Positions 36,101-48,499 of a stretch of DNA of 64,000 nt are shown here, piece after piece. The stretch is from Bispira polyomma (lineage: Eukaryota): assembly GCA_965649765.1 (NCBI GenBank), contig OZ287756.1:38440001-38504000 (forward strand), written 5' to 3'. The notes below the pieces were generated by a model. It worked only from the letters and a program-made list of their open reading frames with translations, had not been told where the DNA came from and did no database searches. A program made the translations under genes and the position numbers. Positions within the stretch are counted from its first letter, which is position 1; the number at the start of each line of letters is the position of its first letter.

Positions 36101-36567
36101 TACATGAGTCTGTAAATCTTTTAAAGGTTCACGAGTATTCTGATAATTCCTTAATAGTACATAAGTTCTCTGTGCGGCCAAGTGTTTTGTTATCCACTTA
36201 AAACAACTGTTGTACATTATGCAACGTCGAAAAAGGTATTATGGAGGTAGAATAGTATTTTCTGTTGAAGTACTCATGAGAGGCCGTTAACAAAGTTCAG
36301 AATATTCTAGCAAAATAAGTATTGTCAATAAGAACTCTGAGATCTCAGTAAAGATTATTACAGACGATAGAAGAATAGAATGATCTCTTATTGAGTTTTT
36401 ATTAAGAGCTTTTATGGCCTACAAATCCAGGAAAATCCAATCATCTATTATTGGTAATTTCATTGAGCATATCTGTTTGGAGAGGTTTATTTGATATGTG
36501 TTGCGGGTAAATAGTTGTGGAGTGAGTGGTGTGTAGTTGTATAGTGGTAGCTAGTTGTGGTCACAGG

Positions 36568-39500
36568 ATGAACCTAGCACACCCCCCAGGTCACATCTTC
36601 TGGAAGACGGAGCCCCAGGTGGATCGATTGTCTCTGTTTATTGAGAGGGTTCTCAGTGGTAGTACTGAAGGCAGTCACAGCTCTCAAGACACACATACCA
36701 CATCAGGGTGCAGTCAAGCAACCATCCAAGCTCTAGTAAACAACCTCTACAACCAACTCTTTACCAATGATTTGATGTTTGCCAGGGTGTTTGAGTTACC
36801 CCCTAAAAACCTAGTCTCTGAAAATGGACTCCACTTCAACAAGATCGGAGAAAAGGAATATGAATGCCGCCTATTTTTACGGAGATTTATAGATCAAACA
36901 TGTTGCCAGGTAAGACAATTCTCCTATTGCTTGTATGGATTAAAAAAGTGATATAATTTTTGCTGAAATATTTGATATATTATGACATTTAATGTGCCAA
37001 AAATAAATGAAACCACAAGTGGTAAAGACATTTTGATTTGTTTGTAGCACTGAAAGGTTTCAATGTTTTATTGGTTGTCGGAAGGGGGAAATCTAATTGT
37101 TTTCAATGTTTTATTGGTTTCAATGTTTTTTTCAAACTAGTTTTATTTATGATTGATATTAAAGTCATGAAATGTTTTGTCTAAAAATAAGAACATACAA
37201 TAAAATATTCCCTTAAATTTTCTAGAGTAATTCAGTAGAGACAAAGATGTTGTTTTTCTATTGAATTAAGTCATTCGGCAAGTTTAAGGGGTCTATAAAA
37301 AGTTAAGGCCAGTGGACAATGACAAAGTTTTGACACTTTACCATTGTATTATAATTATTTAAGTACTTCTCAAAAGTTCCATTAATTAGTTGGTATATTT
37401 TTCTTGCCTGACGGAGTTGACTTTTCTTGTTTTAATTTTCAAGGTGGTATATGGAGCTCAGCATGACATTCCTCCTGGAATGGCTGTCTATAAATTAAAT
37501 TCCCGCATGACCAATGAACAAAAGGCATTTGTCAAAGATGAATGGGGACCATGTATGGACGATGAAGGATTCATGTCTCCAGCAAAGATGTATCCATGGT
37601 TTGCGATGGGTACGTCATTTTTAATCAACATTGGCACCCACACTATGTTAGGCAGTTACAATTGAAAATTGCACCTAAAAGACAAAATTCCGACAACCAG
37701 TAAATAATAACATAACTTATAGACTGATATTGTGACTAGATGTAGATAGTAATTTAAAACACCGTAAAGAGTAACAATATTTGTTTTAATATGGTATGAT
37801 TAAAATAGACTATCTTTAATTTTTGGAAATATGCTTTAATAAGAGTGGAGATAATACAACTGACTTCCTTATTATAATGAGAATATTTTTTTATGTGAAT
37901 ATAAGAATGTGAGGTTAGAGAGTAACTTTAAATCGATTTTAGATTTCCCCCTTCATCCTAACGTTGTTAGATTCACATAAAATTAATAGTCTTATTTTTA
38001 TTAAAATGTTTAGTCACTAATTGGGCGGGGTGTAATATAAACTGGGGTGTGTCATTTGAAATCAGGTTAATGTTACCCCCTAAATCAATATAAAATCTAT
38101 ATTAAATTACCGGGGGGATAATATAAAATGGGGTCATTTAAATGCTACACCAAGATACCAAGTCATATCCTTATACCCCTTTTGCACTTTGCCTATCGAA
38201 GCCCCCGAGCATTACGACTATGCATTTGAGTCAGACTTGGGGACATAATCGCGGGGTCCTTCGGGTTGAGTAGTTTATATAATAGACAGGAGTGCCAGTC
38301 ATTTTCAGCACATTCAGTTCTAGCATCAAGAGAGTTCCCATCTACTGGCAATAAAATATATAATATAAAAACTTTTTATACTGAGACAGGGTCTTTGTTT
38401 TTGGTTTGAGTGATAAATTAAAATGCCACCAAATAGAAATGGACAAAAGAGGAGGATAGAGACAATGGAGGAGGAGAGCAGGGAATTCCATGTGGGGGAG
38501 AAGCTTCAGGAAGTCATTCCGGAGACACAAATGGGTGTTGTGACGCAGGCTTTTGAGACACAGAATGTTGAGAACAGAATGTTGAGACACAGGAGACAGA
38601 GGGGGCAGTGAAGTGGACATTTTGTAAGATCACAAGTGGTTGTACAACAAGAGAGACCCCTTGTACAAAGACACACAGAAGAAAGATATGCCTTTGGAAG
38701 ATTTCTGCTTCAGCAGAGGATTAGATGCACATGTCTGCCCAAGCTCCTCCTGAAATGACAGAAAGGCAGAGAGGGGTGAAAGGGACATTTGCCTTTTTGA
38801 AGCCACATATCATGCGTCTTGTTTCCAAAATGGCTGGGTTCAACCCCATTCCATCAGCATTCGTTGGACCAACTCCAATTCCTTTACCGACACAAAGTGG
38901 ATCTCAGTCAGACACTGACTAAGGAGATGGAGTCTTCCATGACCATCGGTTAGCCTGGCAGACACTCCATGCAGTCATCCACATATGGAGCGACAATCCC
39001 TACCCCATTTTGAAGGAGGCCACCAAGACAAAGACAGAGGGACCCAGAGATGCTTTCCTGAATTGGTTGACTCTGGAATCAGAGAAACTTCCTGACCAAT
39101 ACTTCACCTAGTTCAGAAGAGAAGCTTGCAATCTACAAGACAGGGCTTTTTCCTTTCAACAGGTGGTGTCACAGTTTCAAAGCCAACTGTTTCAACCAAA
39201 GCCTTGATCCCACAGCAACAACAGCAACCATGACAGTTTGTGTACCACAAACAACAGTCCGGACCACAGACACCCCAGCAGTCACTCGTCAAGCCATAGC
39301 AGTCCATTCAGGTTGTCCACCAAACATCAGAAATCCTAGCTGGAAGTATGATGGCCAGCACTAGTGGTCTTCAGTACTACAACCCACCCTGAGCGGAGTC
39401 TGACATCCTCAACACCTCATCAGTCTCATCACTTGTGAGAGGATTTGAATTGGCCACAGGGGACATCAGCTACCACAGTGTTAACACTCCTTGACCTTTC

Positions 39501-42500
39501 ACTTCTCAGCCAGACTCTCAGCAGACAGATACATATACAACCACTTCCACCACAACCACTTTGTCACCAGCCAGCAGCAGCACCACAACAACAGACCAGT
39601 ATACAGTGGCCACTCCTCTCCTTAGCCATTGGTCCTTATGAGGACCAATCTAAAAGGCCCTTTTCAGGGCCACCCAAAACTTCCTAGAAGAGATTTTGTT
39701 GTTCTTTCCCAATTTGTTTTTAAAAAGCCCTCATGACAAAAAGCAAACTGCCTCCACAAATAACTTACCTTAGGTACACACAAAACATAATACTGGCCCC
39801 CTACATACATAAATGAAAATAAATTTATAACTTTAAATTTGTAAATTTTCCCTGGCTTGTGAAACCCCTTTAAGTAGAAATCTGTTAACTCAATTTCTTT
39901 CTTATTTGGAGACCAATCTGAAGCCCCCACAACAGCTTTTTCTTTTGAAATGTACCCTGTTAAGTGGAAATCATGCTTAAATAGTGGCACTTTTCCCGTT
40001 CCCTTGAGGTTCGACTTAAAGAGGTTTAACTGTATTATATAAGTGTTTGAGGGTTAATGTTATTTACCTTAATGTTTATGTCTTAATAACAAACTCTCTA
40101 CAGTAAAATGAGTTTGATAGTTATCTTTTGTAACAATTATTTATTACATTTTTCAAATGTTTACAATTTATTTTTATTTATTATGTGGGTGGGTGGCAAG
40201 TCGTTTTTGTTTTGTGAGTATGTTAGTTAAGTTATTTGTGGGGCCAGTTTGCTTCTTGTCATAAGGGATTTTTTGTAATTTTTGAACGAAACACAGACTC
40301 AGGGCCTTTTAGGTTGGTTCTCACAAGGACCAATTGGTTCTTTTTACAGACTCAGGTGTAGGCTCAGGGTAGAGTTCATACTCATTCATTCTGCGAAGGC
40401 ACTGCCCCCTCGTTCAGGAAGTAGCCCATGAGTGTGTCTCTCTGTTCCTTGGCTGCCCTGCTGTCCTCTTCGTGCTTTGGGTGCTGTATTGCCAGGTTTA
40501 TAGTAGCAGTTCTGATCATATTGTGTATGATGACACAGGTTACGGTGGCTACCACTGGTGGTTCTTGCTGCATGGTAGAGTAGAACCCTGAACCTCTGCA
40601 CTAGTATCCAATATGAATTCTCTACCACCCTTCTCCCCCAGGAAATCCTGTAGTTGTAAATCCTCCCATTTAGGCCCCTCTCTCATTTGGAGAGGGTTTC
40701 ATGAGCCAGGTCTTCAGTACAAAGGCATCACCTTCAAGGATAAAGTAGAGGACAGGGTGCCTAAAATGACTTATGGGTGCAGGATAGGGGAAGTTGATAG
40801 ACTGATATTCTATCTTCTCCTTCAATTCTGACTTATTTAATATCTAGGAATCTGAGCAGGACCCACTAGATCCCAGATCGACAGACAGGAACCTGTACTC
40901 TGCGTCCATCCACCAAGGCCAGTATCACTATGGAGTGGGATCCCTTGTAGTAAAAAATATTCTCTGCCCCCTCTTATGGGATGTCGAATGGCAATATGTT
41001 TCCCATCTATGGCCCCAGGGCATTTAGTATATTCAATGTTTTTCTGAAGACAGACTCAACCTTCTTCCAGTCCTCTGGGTTGGTGGGGCAGGACAGAAAT
41101 TCTTTCTGGAACTCATCTCTATGATGGCCTGGCAAACCTGTGGCACAAAGGTGATGGTTGACCTGCCCATTACAAAAGAGTACTGCAGTGATGTGTTTGA
41201 CTCCCCAGTTGCCAAATGCCTCAAAGTGATAGCTATCTTGAGTCCATGGGACAGTGGTTTCCTGAACTAGGTGGTCTGTTTCTGTATCCTGTGCCCCACC
41301 CTTCTCTCCATTTCCTGGAATAATTCAGGGGGCATCCTGAAAAATCCTGTAAAAGTGGTCATCTTGCATCTCTAGCTGTGTATTGACCATGTTCTTCCCT
41401 TCCCGTAAGCCATGGCCCGACCCAGAACCTATTTTTTGCTCTTTCTCTTCTGCCCATCTTTCCTTGAAGATCTGGATTCTCTGCCTCTCTGAGACTTCTT
41501 CTTCTTCCCTCAATGTCTATATTAGCCATAACTTAGAGTTGCATGTATGGTCTCAACCTCTTTATATATGTTTTTTTTTGGACAATATAGAGGTTTTGAG
41601 GTCCCCCCCCCCCCCCGAGTGTTAATTCCCAGGAGTTGATCGGGGACAGTGAGAAGGGGGGCCGAGTTATCATAGGTCGAGGTGTGGGGTGTGGTTACAA
41701 CTTTTTTTAGGTCGTTACCGGCTGGAGCAACTTATTTTGGTCAGTCGAGGAAGTCGGGGTCAGACACACATCGGACCAAAATACCCACGATTGACCCCTA
41801 TCACATTATCGAGGCCTGTCCCTGACTAGTCTTGATAGTAGAACAGTACCATTAGCAGTTTTCCATGTTATAGCTCACCCGTCTAGATACATGTGTCCTA
41901 TTTATATATGTATATGCAAAGCTCAGTATATCTGAGTCATAGACGGTAACTTTTTCACACTGGAAATGTATTGGTAACACAAAGGATACACGCTTTAAAA
42001 TGTAGGGATATAGACATTGTACAAAAGTACAAAATCACTTCAAAATATCAGTCCATCCCAAAAACAAAAATGTTCCAAATAAGTACTTTTGTTACAAACA
42101 GGTGTAGTCAATGCAGTACAAACCATTGTGGATAAGAATAATGAAGATGCCAAAACAACAGAGGAACTCTTTGAAGGTAATAAACAGTGTTATAAACCCA
42201 ATAACAATCTTAAAGTATAGTTGTGGTAATATATATTCCCCTGATTAGCATAATCATTATTGTCAATATTTTATATATCATAGCCTAATCTGAATGGTGT
42301 AAATGGCTGCATAAATAGCTAATGAAAATAAATTGATAATTAAACTATACAAACCATAATACCTCAATTACTCAAGTTTAGACAAAGACTCATAATCTAG
42401 ATTTACACAGCTCATACATGATATTATCATATCATTATAGACAGAAGTTGAAGGTTATAATAAGGTTAATATGAAAAACTTGGCATTTCTAAAAAATATT

Positions 42501-43741
42501 AACCTCTCAAATAGAAAATCATATTTCTGAAAAATTAAACGTGTTTTGAATTTAACAGCCTTTTAAAAAAGTCTAAAAGCATTGGTGAGTTCTTCTGAAA
42601 GAAATTAAAATTCATACATAACAATTAATATCAACTGTTTTTAAAAGATATTGTAGTTGCTGGGGAATATCCTGTGGTAAAACTCGTCATACCTTCTAAA
42701 AAGGAAGATCCAAACACTCAACATTATAAAACAAGCAACACCAATTTATCTAGCCTTCTGAACAGCAACCTAAGTATTTCTGGTTTAGTGAAAAATGAAG
42801 ATATCCCAACACCATGCGAAGATTTTCATAAAGAATCAAACACAAAAGGTTTAGAGTTGTGTTCTAAGAAGCCACTGACAAGAGCACAATGGTATCCCAG
42901 AGGAACCGAGGTTCAAAATAAGCCAAACTGTAAGCAAAGTAAACACACACCAATAACAACACCCAGGAGTTCTGTGATGAGTGACCCTAACTCAAGCAAG
43001 ACCTTCTCTAGTTTTTCTCGCGAAGTGGAAACCATCCAAGAAGAAATAAAAGAAGAACCATATGTCATTATAATAAAGCCGGCTATCAAAGGCTATGGAC
43101 TACCTTCAGGTATTAAACTGCAGCATGCTCTACCAAAGCAAAAACCATTCTGTGATACTGGGAAGGAGTGTCTCAAATCAATCCAAGAGAAGTTGGAAGA
43201 TGGACAATCCTTGTGGTACTTAGAGGCAGCTACATTTAGAATGACACCCAATGTCGAAAGTTCAGCCAGATTTAAATCCATGATGAGAAAAATTGGCCAA
43301 GAGTCCAAATTGTGGAATATCAACTTTACACCAATAACCAGGTTAATTGAAAAAAATATGACTGAAACATTTAATGCTACAGAATTTTCTGTTGATCTTG
43401 AGAAAGTAAAACGATGTATCAACATTATGAAAACCTACCATGGGTGGAATTGTATGAGTGATTCTTTGGTGAATATTGCTTTGATGAATGTAGTAAAGAA
43501 TAACATGCTAACTGCGAGATCATTGGGACAAATCACTGTAAAGATGATACAATTTCTTCAATATATTGCAGAGAACCAATCATGTCCTGCTTTTCTGCAA
43601 CCGAATGTGAACGTAGCACAGGATATGAATAAAGAAGAAGGAAAGTGGGTGGCTGCAGAAATGAAAAACGTTGTGAGAGAAATCGAAAAAGATCCCGGTT
43701 ATATACTGTTTTATATTGGATACCAAAAGAGAAATGATTAA
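36568..43741 (+). CDS. Candidate 4-exon gene (36568-36909, 37444-37609, 42102-42176, 42657-43741), ~555 aa, unknown function
   Basis: All junctions are GT-AG and phase compatible (0, 1, 1). The last exon is a 1085-bp open frame, with AATAAA near 44123. Confidence 0.5.
38423..39650 (+). pseudogene. Harbinger Myb/MADF-like DNA-binding ORF, decayed
   Basis: HKWLYNKRDPLYKDTQKKD, EMTERQ...FAFLKPHI and a Q/P/T-rich tail; convergent with a Harbinger transposase. Confidence 0.65.
40375..41530 (-). pseudogene. PIF/Harbinger DDE_Tnp_4 transposase, decayed
   Basis: FRKPLSHGLKIAITLRHLATGES, GAIDGKHIAI, YYKGSHSIVILALV, DAEYRFLSVDLGSSGSCSDS, VENSYWILVQRFRV, CVIIHNMIR. Confidence 0.9.
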
Positions 43742-44422
43742 TCTCATATGGAGTATAATCTTGTGCTTATTCAAGATTACTTTTTGTTCCAAGCTCAAAA
43801 TTATTGACATTGACCAAAAGGTGAAAAATGACATTCATTTCAGATGTTTGTGTGTGTTTAATTCTATTTGTAATTGTTATTTTTTAAATCAAGATAATTT
43901 TGACAAATAATTCTAAACCAATTGACTGTATAAATAACTAATGTGACATTGATTATAAAGACCGTTGAATGAACTAATTCCCTGTTTGAGCTGCTTATTC
44001 TTTTAATATATGAAGAATTGTATGACACCAAAGTTTATGTGCATCAAACTTTCCTCACTCTTCACAAATGATTTACACATGCAAATGTTTCCTCTGTAAA
44101 CTCTTTACCTGCCATCAATTCCAATAAATTAAAACAGGATTCCATTGAATCCTACATTTCCTACATAGGGAATCCTACATAAGTCTACATTTCTACCTCT
44201 AGAGCCTGACACCTTATAGAGAGAAAGTAACTTACTATAGTGCCACCTGTAATCACAGTGTTATATACATCAAATGAAAACATTAAAAAGGACAGCCAGC
44301 CCAATAGTTGGGTTTATAAGGCACTTTTTTAACAATCTATACCACGTATTTGCTACATGTGCATACAAATTACAATTATAAGGTAAAATACATTTAAGAA
44401 ATTTGAAAAATTTGGACAGCAT

Positions 44423-47256
44423 GCCAATGGGGGCACAGTAAGGTAACCCTTACGCCAAGAGGGTCATGTGATCGCTTGTTTACTTCAATATTTTTGTTCG
44501 TAAAAGAATTACGTGCAGGGTAGGTGGAGGGACTCCAAGTATTAGGAAATGGTAAGTATTTCTAATAAAAATTTAAATTAATAATTAAATTTTTCAATTT
44601 CAATTTTTTCTTGTAAAGAATCGATGTGTTTCTGGGTTGGAAAGACTAGACCTTGCTTTAAGTCGAACCGATAACCTAGGAATTCTGTGTTTTTGGGATG
44701 GTGTTAATTCCGATTTCTTAAAATTTATAACCCATCCTAACTTTTGTACCAAATCTACCAGTTTTTGAATGTCGAATCTGCTTTGAATTTCTGTTTTTGA
44801 TCTCAGAAGCCAATAGTCTATATATTAGTGTATTCTAAAGCCCTGAGCCAGAGCCATGAGTTTCACTCTTGTGAACTCCAATGGAGCTGTAGTGATTCTG
44901 AAAGGTAGTGAAGTAAACTGGTAAGACGTTTCGCCTACATTGAATCTCAGGAATTTTTGGTATTTTGGATGTATGGGGATGTGAAAATATGCATCGGTCA
45001 GATCTAACGATGTTAGCCATTCACCCTTTTGTAACAAATTTTGAATCGTTTCCGCCGTTTCCATCTTGAAAGTCGGTACATGTAAATAGTGACTGTACTG
45101 AAATACCTGACTCAAATCTATAACTGGAAGCCATTTGTTTCCTGCTTTTGGAACCACAAACAGACGACTGTAAAATCCTAGGGATTTACACTTCCTGACA
45201 AGAAGTATTGCCTTTTTCTTGATCATTTGATCAAAAATCTGTTTCTCCCAACCTAAATATTTGCTCTTTATCACTGGATAATATGACAATGGTGGAAGTA
45301 TGTTGAAATTCAGGCAATACCCCTCTTTCAGAATTTGCACAACCCTTGGATGTGCATTTAAATTTTCCCATATCTGCCAATAGCTGGACAAACAGCCTCC
45401 TGGTGATTGGTTGTCACTTCCTCCTGTTGCCTCTAGAACCTCTAAAAGAAGCTCTGGTTGAGGGAAAGTGACCTCTGCCTCTAGGTGATGGTTCAGATGT
45501 ACTGGAGAATCCCTTATAGGGACGAAAAGACCCTCTACCTCGTCCTCTATTGTCTTTGGACGTATCCGAATATCTGAAGGATGCCCTCTTTGGTCTGTGT
45601 GTAGATCCAGAGGAGTCCCTAGATATTCTAGACCATTGGATGAAATTTTGTTGAACCTCTGACAGTTTGTCCCCTGGAAACAAATCATTTGTTGTAAAAG
45701 ATGAGTTGCTCAACTTCTGCAAGTCATCTTCATTGACGTCCTTAGAACACAACTTGAAATAATTGTCTCTCCTATTCAAACACAAGTTGGCAGTCAATGT
45801 CATAGAAAAATCCATCAAAGAATCCATGGCCTTTTCCACTGAAGCTTGTAGCTGAACATAATCTTGCATCACTTCTAAAGCACTATTAAAGTCCTCTTCC
45901 GAATCAGCTTCCCTAACTTTAGCCATGCACTTTTCAATCTTTGGTGTTGCTTTGCTATTAGCCGAATTAAACAAATAAATATGGCTTAAGACATTGATGT
46001 TTTCTCTGGTAACAGTTTCCCATTGATGATACTACCCTTTGGGAGTAGAAAAACTTGTAGGTGCCCGATAATGAGATGAGGCAATGCTTTTAAAACTGTC
46101 CTGCAAACTAGGTGAGGCAATAGCATGTGACTGAGGACTAACCTGATACCACTTCATGGTTGGTCTATCAAACTTAATGAAGTGATCTTTCTGTAGAGCG
46201 TTCTTCCTTTGACCTCTTGAAGCTACCAAATCACCCTTCTTAGGCACTCCTGAAGCTTGGAATTCTTTAAAATCCCAAAGCTTGGCAAGGTTTTCCACTG
46301 GGGGTGGAGCCAGGGAAGCTTAAGATGTTTTCTCAATCTGTGACCTCTGAGAGAAAAGAGATGGGGCAAAATTTGTCCAGTTTAAAAGATATTTATGTTG
46401 TGTTCAAATTAATGAAAAGAACCAACGAAGAAAAAAATAAACCAACCATGACCTGGACACACATTGTGACCATCAGTGTATGCATATGAGAAGGGAGGTG
46501 TTTGTCTTTGCCTTACTTTCACAGCGGTACACTGAATGTCAAAATTATGTTTTGTTATAACTGCTTCAATTTTAAAGACCAGTTTTTATAGTTAGGGTAG
46601 AAGTAAATATTTGTGTTGTTGTTTTAAACATACACCAATAAAATGATTGCTTTAAGCTCAAAGCCTTTTTAATATATAAATATATATATGATTAGATTGT
46701 ATGAAATTAATAAAAAAATTATCAAAACAGAAAAAAAATTAAAGAAATTATAATCAAGCCAAATATTGTGACCAGCAGCAGTATATGTAGGCGAACTGAG
46801 TGTAAACCCCAATCACATACACACACACACACTTTTTGATCTCTAGGCTTTGATGTCATCCACTTGTTCTACCAAACAGTGTATACAGACACACACACAC
46901 ATACTATGCCAGTCATGGTGTTTAGTGTGGTAAAGGACCCTTCAATCAAATCTGGCAATCTCAATATATAAAACTTGAATAACTTGTACTATACCCAATA
47001 TAATCAAGCCAAATTCATTTTGGACCAACTACAGACTAGAGAGATTATATATACCAAATATAAGAGCAAAACTCCCTACGGATTCAGAGATTACCCTTTT
47101 GACAGGACGTAACCATGTGTAACTAAGAGTCTTCCACTGTACACTTTGCTATCTCTAGGAAAGCATGATTATGCCAATAAGCATTGGCATAATCATGCAA
47201 CAAGCGATCACATGACCCTCTTGGCAGGAGGGTTACCCTACTGTGCCCCCATTGGC
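44423..47256. repeat. 58-bp inverted repeat pair (44423-44480 and 47199-47256) bracketing the DIRS fragment
   Basis: GCCAATGGGGGCACAGTAAGGTAACCCTTACGCCAAGAGGGTCATGTGATCGCTTGTT and its near-perfect reverse complement. Confidence 0.85.
44600..46298 (-). mobile_element. DIRS1-like retroelement fragment (gag-like ORF plus RT)
   Basis: GFYSRLFVVPK...VIDLS, FKMET, SLDLTDAYFHIPI, YQFTSLPF, LGWVINFKKSEL. An overlapping gag-like ORF carries LNRRDNY and an RG-rich end. Confidence 0.9.
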
Positions 47257-48105
47257 CGATTAAGTTATCTTAAAAAATGCGCATGTCTGTGTTGGCCAAT
47301 GGGGTTGGATGGCTCCAACAAGTAGCTATATTAGGAAATGGTAGTAATATTTCGCTATAACAAATAATAAATACTCATACTATACCATAATCATATTTTC
47401 AAGTATTTTCAAGTATTTTGAAAATTTCCGAAAGACATCCGCTGAAGTTAGAGATATTTTTTTTTATATATATTAATTTTCTTTTTCAAATACTTACAAG
47501 TTATCTCATGTTCGATATTTTGCTTCACAATATTTTCGATAGTTTTCGGGTTTTTAAATTTCATTTCCAACATTGAGACAACATAGCTTGCATATTCTGT
47601 TTTTGGCTGGGGTGTTATGCCATCGACCTATTTCGTTTTGTAGGGGGAGAACACCAGCTTTAGATTTTGCCAAAATCGATCTTTATAATATATGGTCCAT
47701 GTAGTCATACACCAAATTGTCTCCGCCTAATTTTCACAAATCTGGCAGATGTTGTCGGGTTTTCTCAATCTAGTATATGTTGAACAGTAACAGTTGCAGA
47801 TAATTTGATTCCTGAGGTGAGAAAGATGTGTATGTCCCAACTGACACTTCCAGTGCTATGGATGCTTCTCTGTAACCTTGAAATTGTTACTTGATTGCCA
47901 TTTAATTAACTTGGAACTTGCTGCTGGTTTATTCCACGCATAAATATTAATAATGGCTTTATTTTTGTTTTCTTGCAGCTATGGTTTTTTAATGATTTGC
48001 CAAACCCCAAATGTGATCATTTTTATAACCACAGTTTAAGTGTAGGGGAACTGTCCAGAATCAGGAGTTTCTTTAAAATTAAACACCCATTATAGACATA
48101 AATTA

Positions 48106-48499
48106 TACGGAGCCATGATAGATATTTTTAACCAGTTTTATTCATGATTAATAACAAACTGTACACACGGTTTAGAAACAATGCGCACAATTTAATAAAC
48201 TATGCTCACAGTTTATAATTCGTGAGCACAGATTATAAACTGTGCGCACAGTTTGTAATCTGTGAGCACAAATAATAAATTGTGTGCACGGTTTATAATC
48301 TGTGAGCACAGTTTATAATTTGTGCTCACAGATTATAAATTGTGTGCACAGTTTATAATCTGTGCTAACAAATTATAATCTGTGCTCACAAATTATTAAC
48401 TGTGCTAACAAGTTATAAACTGCGCTCACGAATTTTAAACTGTGAGCACAAAATATTCTGGGTAATAAATATTAAAAATGTCCCCTCCAGGGCTCAGTA
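48106..48499. mobile_element. MITE with internal ~20-bp palindromic repeats
   Basis: TACGGAGCC ... GGGCTCAGTA ends; repeated TGTG(A/C)GCACA and TTATAA units. Confidence 0.75.

Noticed and set aside
38165-41860. Harbinger terminal inverted repeats
   Set aside because: The candidate ends match too poorly to call, so the element boundaries are left undefined.
48150-48450. CRISPR-like palindromic repeats
   Set aside because: Contiguous degenerate 20-bp units inside a TIR-bounded MITE, with no spacers.
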